Source: Candidatus Cloacimonadales bacterium
Lineage (GTDB): Bacteria > Cloacimonadota > Cloacimonadia > Cloacimonadales > JAIOQZ01
Assembly (NCBI GenBank): GCA_963662655.2
Contig: CAXXTU010000002.1
Span: 2,496,001 to 2,560,000 of the forward strand
Length of the DNA stretch: 64,000 nt
Direction: 5' to 3'
The notes beneath the pieces are model-generated. The model was not told where the DNA came from. It did no database searches and worked only from the letters and a program-made list of their open reading frames with translations. Positions 19,624 to 29,986 of this stretch are shown piece after piece. The translations under genes and the position numbers were made by a program. Numbering within the stretch: the stretch's first letter is position 1; every line of letters begins with the position of its first letter.

Positions 19624-20710
19624 GATTCTGCTTGCCCTGGTTTTCCTGCTCGTCGCCGAAAGCTGGTACGGTATTCGCAGCAGCGCCGTGTACGTCACGC
19701 CATCGAAGGAATACCACATCGTTCAGCATGGCGATACGCTTTTCAATATCAGCAAGAAGCATGGAATCCCGCTTTCGAAGCTGAAGCTTTACAACAATCT
19801 CACATCGGATAAAATCTTTGTGGGACAGAAAATCTATCTCACGCCTCATTACGATCAGAAGACCGAGTTCGTCACGCAGAGAGATATTCCTGAGAATCGC
19901 TTCCACGTTGTGAAAAAAGGGGAGACCGTTTACCGGATATCGAAGATGTACGACGTTGAAATCCTCGATATTCTCGATTACAATGATCTCGAAACCTTCG
20001 ATATCAAAGTGGGACAAAAGATATGGCTCGAGCCCGGGCATGTGCGCGGCGGGACCGCTAAGCAGCCGGTCGTAGCGGAAAAACCCGAGGCACAACCACA
20101 GAAACAGCCAACGGGGCGCGAGCAAGAAAAAGCCGATGGCTATCATATTGTGAAGAAAGGGGAAACGCTGTTTCGCATCTCGAGGATGTACGGAATGAAG
20201 GTCGATGAGCTGAAAGAGCTCAACGCGCTGACAACCGACACGATCGAAGTGGGTCAGAAGCTTATAGTGAAAGGCGCCCGGCGCGAAGTATCGCCTCCGC
20301 CGACCGTCCCTGCGAGCGTGAAGAAGCCGTCGGGGATCATTTCCCCGCTGAAGGGCCAGATCACGTCCGAGTTCGGCATCCGCAATGGAAGGCCCCACAA
20401 GGGACTCGACATCGCAGCGCCCATTGGCGAACCGATTTCGGCGGTGCTGGAGGGTAAGGTAGCGTTCTCGGGACGCCAACGCGGCTATGGAAATGTCATC
20501 ATTCTGGAGCACAAGGATTACGTTATGACGGTCTACGCCCATAACGACGCGAACCTCGTCCGGTTGGGCGACACCGTGAAGAAGGGGCAACCCATCGCAA
20601 CCGTAGGCAATACGGGCAAATCGACAGGACCGCACCTGCATTTCGAGTACCGCGTGCAGGGAAAGGCCATCGATCCACTGACCGTCCTGCCGACCATCGA
20701 GGAAAGATGA
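19601..20710 (+). CDS. LysM x3 plus M23 peptidase (NlpD-like)
   Basis: Three H.V..G(D/E)T...IS LysM repeats; M23 motifs HKGLD, YAH, STGPHLHFE. Confidence 0.92.
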   Translation: MAFKSNTKILLALVFLLVAESWYGIRSSAVYVTPSKEYHIVQHGDTLFNISKKHGIPLSKLKLYNNLTSDKIFVGQKIYLTPHYDQKTEFVTQRDIPENRFHVVKKGETVYRISKMYDVEILDILDYNDLETFDIKVGQKIWLEPGHVRGGTAKQPVVAEKPEAQPQKQPTGREQEKADGYHIVKKGETLFRISRMYGMKVDELKELNALTTDTIEVGQKLIVKGARREVSPPPTVPASVKKPSGIISPLKGQITSEFGIRNGRPHKGLDIAAPIGEPISAVLEGKVAFSGRQRGYGNVIILEHKDYVMTVYAHNDANLVRLGDTVKKGQPIATVGNTGKSTGPHLHFEYRVQGKAIDPLTVLPTIEER

Positions 20711-21021
20711 AAGAATACGCGCGTGACATCGAACGTCTTTATTCCATCGGCGAAGTCTCGAAGATCGTGGGAATCCACGACCAGACGATTCGCATGTACG
20801 AGCGCAAGGGACTGATTTCTCCCGAGCGCACCGCGAAGAACATTCGTGTCTTCAGCACAGAAGATATTGACCGAATTACTCTGATAATAACATTGACACA
20901 AGAGCTTGGAATGAACTTTTCGGGAGTGAAGGTCGTTTTCGAACTGGCCAAAATGCTCGAGATGAGCATGGAAGACCTCCTGGATTTCGTCAGCGACCAT
21001 ACAAGGGAATTTATAACCTGA
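20707..21021 (+). CDS. MerR-family regulator, HspR-like
   Basis: YSIGEVSKIVGIHDQTIRMYERKGLISPERT...ELGMNFSGVK. Confidence 0.85.
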   Translation: MKEYARDIERLYSIGEVSKIVGIHDQTIRMYERKGLISPERTAKNIRVFSTEDIDRITLIITLTQELGMNFSGVKVVFELAKMLEMSMEDLLDFVSDHTREFIT

Positions 21022-21028
21022 GGAATCA

Positions 21029-21895
21029 ATGGCTGAGAATGTTTTTGAAGATAAAGCATTACAGAAATATCTGAACGATATCGCGAATATCGAGACGCTT
21101 CCGCGTGAAGTGGAACACGAACTGGCCATCCGTGCTCGTGACGGAGATCAGGAAGCGATCAACCAGCTCATTCAGGCGAATCTTAAATTCGTGGTGAAAA
21201 TCGCTTCGCACTACCAGAATCGAGGACTGAGCCTTGCCGAGCTGATCAGCGAAGGCAACATGGGGCTGATCAAGGCGATCGAGAAGTTCGATCCCGAGAA
21301 GAACATCAAGCTCATATCCTACGCGGTCTGGTGGATCAAACAACGTATCCTATTCGCCCTGGCGGAGAAGACATCCCTCATCCGCATGCCCCTGGGTAAA
21401 ACCAACATCGCGAACAAGATCAAGGCGGCTCGCGAGCGTATCTTCAACCGCACGGGGCACGCCGCGACAATCGAAGATATCGAAGACGAAACCAACCTGG
21501 TCAGCAAGGAAATCAACAATGTCGAATCCCACAACATCGACACGCTTTCGCTGGACGATTACAGTTACACCAGTCACAACGATACCGTCCAATTGCGCGA
21601 CTTCCTAGAAGACCCGGATATGCTCGACCCGAAAACGATCTATTACCGGGATAAAATGCAGGATAAAATCGATGAATCCATCGGCAAACTCCCCTCCCGC
21701 GACGCATACATCTTGAAATCCTACTTCGGGCTCGACGGCGACGCCGGCAAGAACTTCGCGCAGATCGCGGAGGAACTCGGTCTAAGCCGCGAAAGAGTCC
21801 GCCAGATTCAGAAACAAGCGCTGAAACAGATTCTAAAAGAAACTTACGCCGAGCACGAAACGGATATCGACATGCTTCTGAGCACTAACTTGTAA
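21029..21895 (+). CDS. RNA polymerase sigma-70 family factor (RpoD/RpoS-like, no region 1.1)
   Basis: LQKYL, ANLKFVV, ELISEGNMGLIKAIEKFD, SYAVWWIKQ, LSRERVRQI. Confidence 0.93.
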   Translation: MAENVFEDKALQKYLNDIANIETLPREVEHELAIRARDGDQEAINQLIQANLKFVVKIASHYQNRGLSLAELISEGNMGLIKAIEKFDPEKNIKLISYAVWWIKQRILFALAEKTSLIRMPLGKTNIANKIKAARERIFNRTGHAATIEDIEDETNLVSKEINNVESHNIDTLSLDDYSYTSHNDTVQLRDFLEDPDMLDPKTIYYRDKMQDKIDESIGKLPSRDAYILKSYFGLDGDAGKNFAQIAEELGLSRERVRQIQKQALKQILKETYAEHETDIDMLLSTNL

Positions 21896-21913
21896 GATAC
21901 AGGAGTCATTCAC

Positions 21914-22810
21914 ATGATTAAAAATTTCGATCAACTGCTGGAAACCTTGAAGCAAAACGAAAACAAGACCGTAGTGATCGCTGCGGCACAATCACCCGCA
22001 TCTCTCGAAGCTGCCATCCTGGCAAAGAGAGAGAACCTCGCCGATTCCATCATGACCGGTGATGCCGAATTCATCAAGAACCACATCAGAGAGACTGCAC
22101 CGGACCTTGTCGACGCTTTCGAAATCATAGATTGCGGTAGCGACATCCCTCTCGCCTGCGCCAAGGCCGTCGAACTGGTCAGGGAAGGACGGGGCGATCT
22201 GATCCTCAAGGGAAAAGGTTCAACGGCAACCATTCTCAAGGCCGTTCTGGACAAGGAGAAAGGCCTGCGCTCGGCCAAGGTCATCAGCGACGTCCTCGCC
22301 GTTGAGACACCGGAACGAGTCGTGCTCCTGACAGACGGTGGTATCAACCTCTACCCCACCGTGGACGAGAAGGTCGCGATCGTGGAGAACGCCGTGAAGG
22401 TCGGGCACTCGCTCGGTAACCCGAAGCCGAAGGTCGCGCTTCTGGCAGCCGTCGAAGTGGTGAATCCCAAGATGCCGTGTACCCTGGACGCAGCGCTCAT
22501 CGCCAAGATGAACCAGCGTGGACAGATCAAGAACTGTATCGTGGACGGCCCGTTCGCGCTTGACAACGCGATCAACCTGGAAGCGGCTCGCATGAAAGGT
22601 ATCGAATCGGAAGTGGCCGGCGACGCAGACATCCTGGTTGTTCCCAACATCGAAGCGGGTAACTTCATGGGTAAGGCCTTCACCTACTACTGCAACTACC
22701 GTGTAGCACACGTGGTTGTCGGAACGAAAGCGCCCATTCTCATTCCCTCCCGTGCGGACAACGCGGAAACCAAGATGCTCTCCATGGCGCTGGGCATCCT
22801 CTGCGCGTAA
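21914..22810 (+). CDS. ptb: Phosphate butyryltransferase
   Basis: LKG, TDGGIN, AVEVVNPKMP, DGPFALDNA, DILVVPNIEAGN, SRAD. Confidence 0.85.
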   Translation: MIKNFDQLLETLKQNENKTVVIAAAQSPASLEAAILAKRENLADSIMTGDAEFIKNHIRETAPDLVDAFEIIDCGSDIPLACAKAVELVREGRGDLILKGKGSTATILKAVLDKEKGLRSAKVISDVLAVETPERVVLLTDGGINLYPTVDEKVAIVENAVKVGHSLGNPKPKVALLAAVEVVNPKMPCTLDAALIAKMNQRGQIKNCIVDGPFALDNAINLEAARMKGIESEVAGDADILVVPNIEAGNFMGKAFTYYCNYRVAHVVVGTKAPILIPSRADNAETKMLSMALGILCA

Positions 22811-22879
22811 CACGAAATTTTATCGTACATACGGGATGGCCTGATTAAGCTGTCCCGTATTGTTTTTTGAAGGTAGCAC

Positions 22880-23332
22880 ATGAACATCCGAATCATCAGC
22901 CCGGGAAAGACCAAGCAACGATTCATCGAAGACGGAATCGACGAATACATGAAGCGGCTGCGTCCCTTCGCCCGAATCGATTGGATTTCCACGCCCGATC
23001 AACCGCTGCGCAAGACAAACACGATCGATATCGTGAAGCAGACCGAGGCAGAGCACATCCTGAAGCGCGTAGAGCCCGGCTTCACCATTGCCCTGGACGA
23101 GCATGGAAGGGAGATGACAAGCCCCGATCTCGCCGAGTTCTTCCAGCGCTACGAGAAGATACAATTCATCATCGGCGGCGTATACGGAATGGCGGATTCG
23201 GTTCGAGATAAAGCGGACATGGTTCTGAGCTGTTCACGCTTCACGCTGACCCATCAGATGATCCGCCTCCTTCTGATCGAGCAGGTTTATCGTGCCTTCA
23301 CCATCAACCACAACAAGAAGTATCATTATTAG
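22880..23332 (+). CDS. rlmH: 23S rRNA pseudouridine(1915)-N3 methyltransferase
   Basis: IALDEHG, FIIGG, TLTHQMIRLLLIEQVYRA, KYH. Confidence 0.95.
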   Translation: MNIRIISPGKTKQRFIEDGIDEYMKRLRPFARIDWISTPDQPLRKTNTIDIVKQTEAEHILKRVEPGFTIALDEHGREMTSPDLAEFFQRYEKIQFIIGGVYGMADSVRDKADMVLSCSRFTLTHQMIRLLLIEQVYRAFTINHNKKYHY

Positions 23333-23429
23333 TTGACGATTTCCGAGAGTTCTTCGATCATTTCTCATTGACAGAATGCCGTTCAGCGCTAAAATTTCGT
23401 TAGAATCGCTATGTCATTGGAGGTTATCA

Positions 23430-23810
23430 ATGCTGACAGACGAGCAACTCATTGAAGAAGCCAAAAGAGCGTCGGAAAACGCCTACGCACCCTATTCAGG
23501 ATTCAAGATCGGAGCCGCGCTACTTTCCAAAAGCGGAAATGTGTATCTGGGATGCAATGTGGAAAACGCGTCCTATTCCCTCACGATCTGCGCCGAGCGA
23601 AATGCCGTTTTCAAAGCCGTGGCTTGGGGTGAACGCGAGTTCGAGAAGATCGCGATCTACGCGAATTCCGATGAATTCTTCCCGCCTTGCGGGGCGTGCA
23701 GGCAGGTCTTGTCCGAGTTCTCCTCCGACATGCGTATCATTATGGCAAACCACGATCGTGTGGAAACGTCAAGCCTCGATGTGCTGCTGCCGATGCAATT
23801 CAAACTATAA
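23430..23810 (+). CDS. cdd: Cytidine deaminase
   Basis: AYAPYS, GCNVENASY, CAER, PCGACRQ; start after GGAGG. Confidence 0.95.
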   Translation: MLTDEQLIEEAKRASENAYAPYSGFKIGAALLSKSGNVYLGCNVENASYSLTICAERNAVFKAVAWGEREFEKIAIYANSDEFFPPCGACRQVLSEFSSDMRIIMANHDRVETSSLDVLLPMQFKL

Positions 23811-23873
23811 TATTTGACAGCGTGAAATATTTTTCTATCTTGTCCTCAAAGGCAAAAATGTTACGGAGGAAAC

Positions 23874-24869
23874 ATGGATTTCAATTTCAAGAAGATCGAA
23901 ACAAACGCCGCTGAAACCGATAACAAAAAGACCGGTGAATGCGTTAAATACGACGTCGCGATTATCGGCGGAGGGCCAGCCGGACTTGGCGCTGCTATTT
24001 ACGCCGCTCGCGGTGGACTCAAGACGGTTGTCTTCGAGCACGGCCTGTTCGGCGGGCAAATCGTTCTCACGACAGAGGTGGAGAACTACCCGGGGTTCGT
24101 GGAATCGCTCACGGGATTCGAGATTGTGGACAAAATGAAAGCCCAGGCCGAGAAGTTCAAGACCCACTTCCGGGAGGAATCTGTAATCGCCATCGGGCTC
24201 GAAGGTATCTGCAAAATCATCGAAACCGACCAGGGATTCTATCGCGCCAAATCGATCATCATCGCCACCGGCGCATCACCGCGAAAGCTCTCCGTGCCAG
24301 GAGAAGAACGCCTCACCGGGCGCGGGGTATCGTACTGCGCTACCTGCGATGGAGCCCTCTATCGCGATAAAGTTGTCGCCGTTATCGGCGGTGGAGACTC
24401 CGCTGTCGAGGAAGGCCTGTTCCTGACCAAGTTCGCCAAAAAAGTATATCTGATCCACAGACGCGACAAGCTCAGAGCTGTTTACACCATTCAGCAACGC
24501 GCGTTCAAGAATCCCAAGATGGAGATCATCTGGGATACCGTCGTACAAGGCGTGGAAGGCGAGGATAGGGTCGAAAACCTCATCCTCTACAATCGCAAGA
24601 AAGACCAGGTTTCCAACCTGCAAGTCGACGGTGTCTTCGTTTACGTGGGAATCATCCCGAACAACAAGCTTTTCGAATCCCGCGTGGAACTCGACGAAGC
24701 CGGATTCATCCTTACCGATGACAGCCAGCACACCAACATCCCGGGGATCTACGCCGCCGGTGATATCTGCCACAAGGTGCTCAGGCAAGTCGTAACGGCA
24801 GTTTCTGACGGCGCGACCGCGGCTTTCTCCGCGGAGAAATGGATTCAGGAGCATCTGGAAGAGTTTTAA
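23874..24869 (+). CDS. trxB: Thioredoxin reductase
   Basis: GGGPAG, ENYPG, GVSYCATCDG, GGGDSA, AAGD. Confidence 0.95.
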   Translation: MDFNFKKIETNAAETDNKKTGECVKYDVAIIGGGPAGLGAAIYAARGGLKTVVFEHGLFGGQIVLTTEVENYPGFVESLTGFEIVDKMKAQAEKFKTHFREESVIAIGLEGICKIIETDQGFYRAKSIIIATGASPRKLSVPGEERLTGRGVSYCATCDGALYRDKVVAVIGGGDSAVEEGLFLTKFAKKVYLIHRRDKLRAVYTIQQRAFKNPKMEIIWDTVVQGVEGEDRVENLILYNRKKDQVSNLQVDGVFVYVGIIPNNKLFESRVELDEAGFILTDDSQHTNIPGIYAAGDICHKVLRQVVTAVSDGATAAFSAEKWIQEHLEEF

Positions 24870-25098
24870 CCGCGAATCGAGAACAGATTCGTCTCGCAAG
24901 CCGCGCAGGCGTGGTGTTACACGCCTTACATTTACGTTCGATAGCGATAAAGGCGTGTTATATCCACGGCGGAGCGGATTGCGAGGCGAAGATGACTCGA
25001 TGGTAGACAAATGCCCTGAGATCAGTTCTTAAAGCTCTGTTCTATATCGAGTGGTTGGCTAATCATAAGGACCCATCTCATTTTAACGTATTATTCTA

Positions 25099-25140
25099 TT
25101 CACCCTGAGTGCACCGATTTATCGGTGGGTCTCGAAGGGT
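25099..25140 (+). repeat. REP-like element (CACCCTGAG...TCGAAGGG frame with an internal hairpin)
   Basis: TTCACCCTGAGTG-CACCGAT-TT-ATCGGTG-GGTCTCGAAGGGT; single copy in the window. Confidence 0.35.
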
Positions 25141-25156
25141 CGTCCTTTCGTTTTCG

Positions 25157-28100
25157 CTATTTCAGAAGAAGCATCTTCTTCGTCTCATTCGCGGATCCAG
25201 CTTTCATCTGGTATAAATATACCCCGCTTGATACTGGCTTCCCATAATCGTCGTCCCCATCCCATTGCACGGAATGCTCACCCTTTTCCATCCTGCCATC
25301 GATCAGCGCGCGAACAAGCTGACCCTTTAGATTGTATACGTTGAGAGTCACCGGTAGATTCTCACGGAGAGAGAACCGGACTGTGGTGGTCGGATTGAAC
25401 GGGTTCGGCGTATTGCCGAGAAGCGCAGTTTCGTAAGGCGCAACACCCGGATCTTCTGTGCCAACCGACAACACCTCGATTGTGACCGGTTCGGATACAC
25501 CCGATGTATATACGTTGACGGCTGAAAAATGATGCGTGCCCGGAGGAACATAGCCGACCTCATATTCGTGGCCTTCTACCATATCAGCGATCATTTCGTC
25601 TTCCCAGTACAGCCGAACGCCCTGGAAATACCGCTCCGTTTTCGCTTCTTTTTTATCCTTACCATTCCTGGTTGGCATCGAACCCCAGAACAGCGTGACA
25701 TCATTGTTGTAGGATGTCGCATAGAAGTCGTGTACTGGATACAAAACCTCTTCCAGAAGAACGTCAATTACCATATTGGAGGAAAATTCGAAGTTCTCGA
25801 GAACGTAATCATGATGAAGCATGAGAGATACTTCGAGCGTATAAGTTCCATGCGCAATAGCCGGAAATACAAGGACACCATCCTCTGGAACGGTCCCCGA
25901 AAAACTCTCTTCTCCGATTAGATGATACTCGGCGATTTCGACGCTAAAACCTGAATTGTCCGAAACATTGACGGTAAGAGTTCCCCACGGTGCGCTTGCG
26001 TTCGTGCCTCCCGACCGGCAAGTAATTTCTCCAATCATGTTGCTGAACAACATTTCCGGGCTGTTGTTGCCATCAATATCGCAAATGGGACAAGCCTGTA
26101 TCACAGGCATATCGACATCCATATTCCAGATCACGGAACCATCGATTCCGGAAAGCGCGAATGCCTGGTCATCTGTTCCACAAAGAATATCGAAGTGCCT
26201 GTCTCCATTTAACTCAGAAATCGGTGAGCAGTCGTTGAACCATGCGTTAACCGGGCTGGTGGCCCCGCCCTCTCCAGTCGCCGTATTCATCGTAAGCCAT
26301 GCATCCTGGCCGCCCGAGGTCAGAACAAGATACTCCATACCGCCATAAAATGCTCGTTTGTATCTCTCCGTGTAAGCATTCGTGGGCGCTTCCCATACAA
26401 CTTCCAGATCGTTGTTCAGACAAGTATGTTCACGAGTGGTTTTCGTATATACCAAATCCTTTATCCCATCGCCACTCACGTCGTTTACATCGATGATATC
26501 ATTATAGGATGATACCGTTCGTTCGAGTGATGACAGAACCCAACCGCTCGCTCCGGACAGCAAGTAGAGTTTGTTATAGTATGATTCACTTTCCGCGCAG
26601 TAAACGTCCGGAATCCCATCGCCATTCTGGTCGTCAATTGCACAAACCAGATCCTGATCGCGAGAAAATTCGCGTATCCATTCAACATCGCCTGTCGCCC
26701 CATTGAGCAAAATCGTTGCACTGTAAAAATACCCAATTCCCGCAACAATGTCGCAAATCCCGTCGCCGGTATAATCCAGCCTCCCATCGATCTGATAAAT
26801 ACGTGCTCCACCGATATCGATTGTATCGAATTGCCAGATCACTTCCCCATCGAGACTGTTCAAGGCACAGATGGAACCATTGGAGCCGGCCGATCCGATT
26901 ACGACATCTTGCAAACCATCGCCATTGAGGTCGTCCGCGACAACCACACCGCGATCAGAAAACGCAAAGCTATGATTCATACATCCAATGAACTCCCAGA
27001 TGATATCTGCCTCACCGGCGCTGTTCCCATTCAGACAATAGAGTATGCCGTATCGATCGCAGGCGATCACCTCTTCGATTTCATCACCGTTGATGTCGAT
27101 AAACTTCTTTAAGGCCGTAATTTCTCTTGTCGATCTGGGGAAGCTCCAATGCCAGTATTCCGTCCCAATCACTGGCGATACATTCTCGACACTTGCATCG
27201 ACAGGGATATGCATGATTCCATCGTCAGGATCGTTACTCTCGATCGTCACTTCTGCGCTGAAACCTCCCGTTTGACCGGTCTGGAACCAGATACGTGCAA
27301 AGATTGAATCTCTGGCAGGTATTGAAACCGGGAAATCAAGTTCGTTCTCGTAAATCAACTCATTGTCGCTCGTGATGTCGTTAACGACAAGGTTTTCCAG
27401 GCCCCAGTTTTTAATGCAAATATACCGACCGGTCAAACCTCCATGCCGCACGGAACCGTAATGAAGCTGCTCCGGTTGTAAAACGATATGAGATTGTGAA
27501 TCTACAACGTAAGCCGCCATCGTGACAATCGCAGAGAGTTGATTTGGATCATTGGACAAGATTTCCAGTGTGTCCGTAAATTCCCCTACCCGTAGCGGGT
27601 CGAACGTAATCTCAAGATCGTGGGAGGACCCTGATTCGATCACGATCGGAAGATCCACGGAAATGGAAAAGGCGTCATCGCTTATCGTGATTTCGTTAAT
27701 CGATAAATCGCAAGTACCGTTGTTTGATATTGAAAGCATCGTCGTTTGCTGCGTACCGATGAAGACTTCACCGAAATGATACTCTTCCCATCCGAGCTCA
27801 ATCTCTGGCGTACCATCACCGTTCGGATCCACTTTAAACAGTCGATCCTGATTTCCTGGACCGTTCGCACAATACCAGAAGAATTCCCCATCAAATACGA
27901 TTCCCGTGGGATCGTCGATTTGGTAAAAGTAGTGCTCGACAACGCTACCGTCAGCCGGATCGATCTTGTAAATCTCGTTCGACCACTTATCCACCATCCA
28001 TAGATATTCACCTTCCATACATAATGACCATGGCTGGTAATACGGCGCATTGAATCCTTCGAGGATGTTTCCCTCACCGTCAATCTTGTAGATAAATCCG

Positions 28101-28516
28101 TCTGGATCATCGTAAGCCGCAACCCAGAAATCTCCATCATCCCAGGCTATTCCCGACATATAATGAACAGGCAATGTGATTTGTTCCAGAATGTTGCCCT
28201 GCATATCGAGCCTACAGGCTCTAGCGGGAGTGCTGATTCCGCCTGTATGGCCAATCGCCCAGAGATTAGCGCCATCCCATGTCATGTCGTAGGTATCGCC
28301 CATCGATCCATTGAAGAGCAACGAATAGCTTCCATCCGCAGGATCCAATCGATAGACGCAATCTTCGTCCGCGCCGAACGTCCCGAAGTAAAGGTATTCT
28401 CCATCCCAGGCCAAACCCGAGGTGTTTTCAGAGATGACAAATGTCTCGACGATTGTCCATTCGGCAAACAGAATTCCAAAAGCAAGAAGCAATGTTACCA
28501 GGATTTGTCTTTTCAT
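25157..28516 (-). CDS. Secreted modular protein: YVTN-like propeller, Ig-like domains, PQQ/FG-GAP-like propeller, FlgD-Ig C-terminal domain
   Basis: Signal peptide; G(L/I)AWDG repeats; SNDP Ig motifs; D.(N/T)GDG..D repeats; PNPFNP...KMLLLK. Confidence 0.8.
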   Translation of the reverse strand: MKRQILVTLLLAFGILFAEWTIVETFVISENTSGLAWDGEYLYFGTFGADEDCVYRLDPADGSYSLLFNGSMGDTYDMTWDGANLWAIGHTGGISTPARACRLDMQGNILEQITLPVHYMSGIAWDDGDFWVAAYDDPDGFIYKIDGEGNILEGFNAPYYQPWSLCMEGEYLWMVDKWSNEIYKIDPADGSVVEHYFYQIDDPTGIVFDGEFFWYCANGPGNQDRLFKVDPNGDGTPEIELGWEEYHFGEVFIGTQQTTMLSISNNGTCDLSINEITISDDAFSISVDLPIVIESGSSHDLEITFDPLRVGEFTDTLEILSNDPNQLSAIVTMAAYVVDSQSHIVLQPEQLHYGSVRHGGLTGRYICIKNWGLENLVVNDITSDNELIYENELDFPVSIPARDSIFARIWFQTGQTGGFSAEVTIESNDPDDGIMHIPVDASVENVSPVIGTEYWHWSFPRSTREITALKKFIDINGDEIEEVIACDRYGILYCLNGNSAGEADIIWEFIGCMNHSFAFSDRGVVVADDLNGDGLQDVVIGSAGSNGSICALNSLDGEVIWQFDTIDIGGARIYQIDGRLDYTGDGICDIVAGIGYFYSATILLNGATGDVEWIREFSRDQDLVCAIDDQNGDGIPDVYCAESESYYNKLYLLSGASGWVLSSLERTVSSYNDIIDVNDVSGDGIKDLVYTKTTREHTCLNNDLEVVWEAPTNAYTERYKRAFYGGMEYLVLTSGGQDAWLTMNTATGEGGATSPVNAWFNDCSPISELNGDRHFDILCGTDDQAFALSGIDGSVIWNMDVDMPVIQACPICDIDGNNSPEMLFSNMIGEITCRSGGTNASAPWGTLTVNVSDNSGFSVEIAEYHLIGEESFSGTVPEDGVLVFPAIAHGTYTLEVSLMLHHDYVLENFEFSSNMVIDVLLEEVLYPVHDFYATSYNNDVTLFWGSMPTRNGKDKKEAKTERYFQGVRLYWEDEMIADMVEGHEYEVGYVPPGTHHFSAVNVYTSGVSEPVTIEVLSVGTEDPGVAPYETALLGNTPNPFNPTTTVRFSLRENLPVTLNVYNLKGQLVRALIDGRMEKGEHSVQWDGDDDYGKPVSSGVYLYQMKAGSANETKKMLLLK

Positions 28517-28642
28517 AATAGCCCCCTATTAAGACAAGCAAAGATTACTTCAAGCGTTGTAAACCTGTCAAGATTTTAGCATAAATTAGTCTGAAAAAGG
28601 TGATGATTGTGAATATATCAGCAAAACATTCCCAGGCTATTC

Positions 28643-28679
28643 AAAAAAATCCCCACAAGTTCTTCACTCGTGGGGATTT
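28643..28679 (-). terminator. Intrinsic terminator after tldE
   Basis: ATCCCCAC..GTGGGGAT plus T-run on the minus strand. Confidence 0.7.
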
Positions 28680-28699
28680 CTTATCAATATTATGACTTC

Positions 28700-29986
28700 C
28701 TAAAACGAAGTCGTGTCCACAAAATTGAAATCGTCGATCAACATTGTTGGGACCTTGCGGTAACCGATCTGCAACGTGCTCTCTCCCAGGGCAAGGATGC
28801 GTTGCGTCACTTCATTCACCACCTCGTTGAAACGCAGATTGACAATCGGATGCTTGATTTCGCCATCTTCGAACCACAGCACGCCGTCGCGCGTCATTCC
28901 TGTCAGCTCCCCTCTCTTCGCATCGACAAACCGGATGTACCAAAGGTGGTTGATAATGATTCCCTTTCCGACCTTCTTCATCATCTCGGCCTCCGTGGCA
29001 TCCCCGCCTTCAATCAACGTATTAAAGGTAAAGCAAGGATCGACGCCTTTCTTCGAGGCGTAGTATCTCGAAGAAGGTAAATTCTCGAGAACGCCGTTTC
29101 GTACCCAGTAGATTTCTTTCGCTGGAGCACCCTCCTGATTATATAGATACGCAAGCAACTCGGGGTCCGTAAAGGTCGAGCGCATGGTGAAGTCTTTGCC
29201 AAAGAACTGCTTCCCGATCTGGCCAGAGAACGGCGAGGTTCCTTCATCCGCCCGTCGCAAATCCATCATGTAATTGAGGAAGTGGAAATATCCGCTCGCC
29301 GCGGGTGAACGCAGTATCACCGGGTACCTTCCCGCCTCGATCGGCCTCGGCTTGGCCAGAGCGGAGAACTGACCGTTCAATCGCTCGATCTCCCGCTCAA
29401 CGCTGAATTGAGCGAAATCCTTCGTCCCGCTTGCCACTTTTGTCTCGACATCGTCGCGCTTCATGGTCATGGAATGCTCGAAGATGCTGGAGCGATTCTC
29501 TCCGAGAAATCCGTTCTTCGTCACCATCATGCTGTCGTGCAGATAGCGCGATGTCATACCGGACACCTTCGCCTCTTTGGATACCGCATTTTCCACGCAA
29601 CGTTCCACGACGGACACCATATCGTCCGTTGTGAGTTCGGCGGTTGAATCCGCATGATTCTCGAAATCCGCGAGCTTAATCGCTTCCTGACTGGGGACAT
29701 GCTCCGGATCGGGCTGATTGAGCTTTGCCATTTGCTGCGCCGTCTCGATCAGATATGCCAGATGTTCATCGTCCGGCTGATTGACGACAGCGGTTCCCAT
29801 TTTATTACCGTAGGCAACATCAAGCATCAACGTATAGAATGTGCCCCCCATGTGCTGGGTAATCATGTTCTGCGCAAAACGGGTTTCGTGGGCGTTCTTC
29901 TGCTCGAAGGAGAAGATATAGTCGTCCGCTTTGCAATGCTTCTTGATGTATTCAACCACTTTTTCTTTCAGCTTGTCGCTGCTCAT
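28700..29986 (-). CDS. tldE: TldE/PmbA-family protein
   Basis: TRFAQN.ITQ, GRYPVIL, LWYIR, TGMTRDG, NLRFNE; ATGA overlap with tldD. Confidence 0.85.
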   Translation of the reverse strand: MSSDKLKEKVVEYIKKHCKADDYIFSFEQKNAHETRFAQNMITQHMGGTFYTLMLDVAYGNKMGTAVVNQPDDEHLAYLIETAQQMAKLNQPDPEHVPSQEAIKLADFENHADSTAELTTDDMVSVVERCVENAVSKEAKVSGMTSRYLHDSMMVTKNGFLGENRSSIFEHSMTMKRDDVETKVASGTKDFAQFSVEREIERLNGQFSALAKPRPIEAGRYPVILRSPAASGYFHFLNYMMDLRRADEGTSPFSGQIGKQFFGKDFTMRSTFTDPELLAYLYNQEGAPAKEIYWVRNGVLENLPSSRYYASKKGVDPCFTFNTLIEGGDATEAEMMKKVGKGIIINHLWYIRFVDAKRGELTGMTRDGVLWFEDGEIKHPIVNLRFNEVVNEVTQRILALGESTLQIGYRKVPTMLIDDFNFVDTTSF

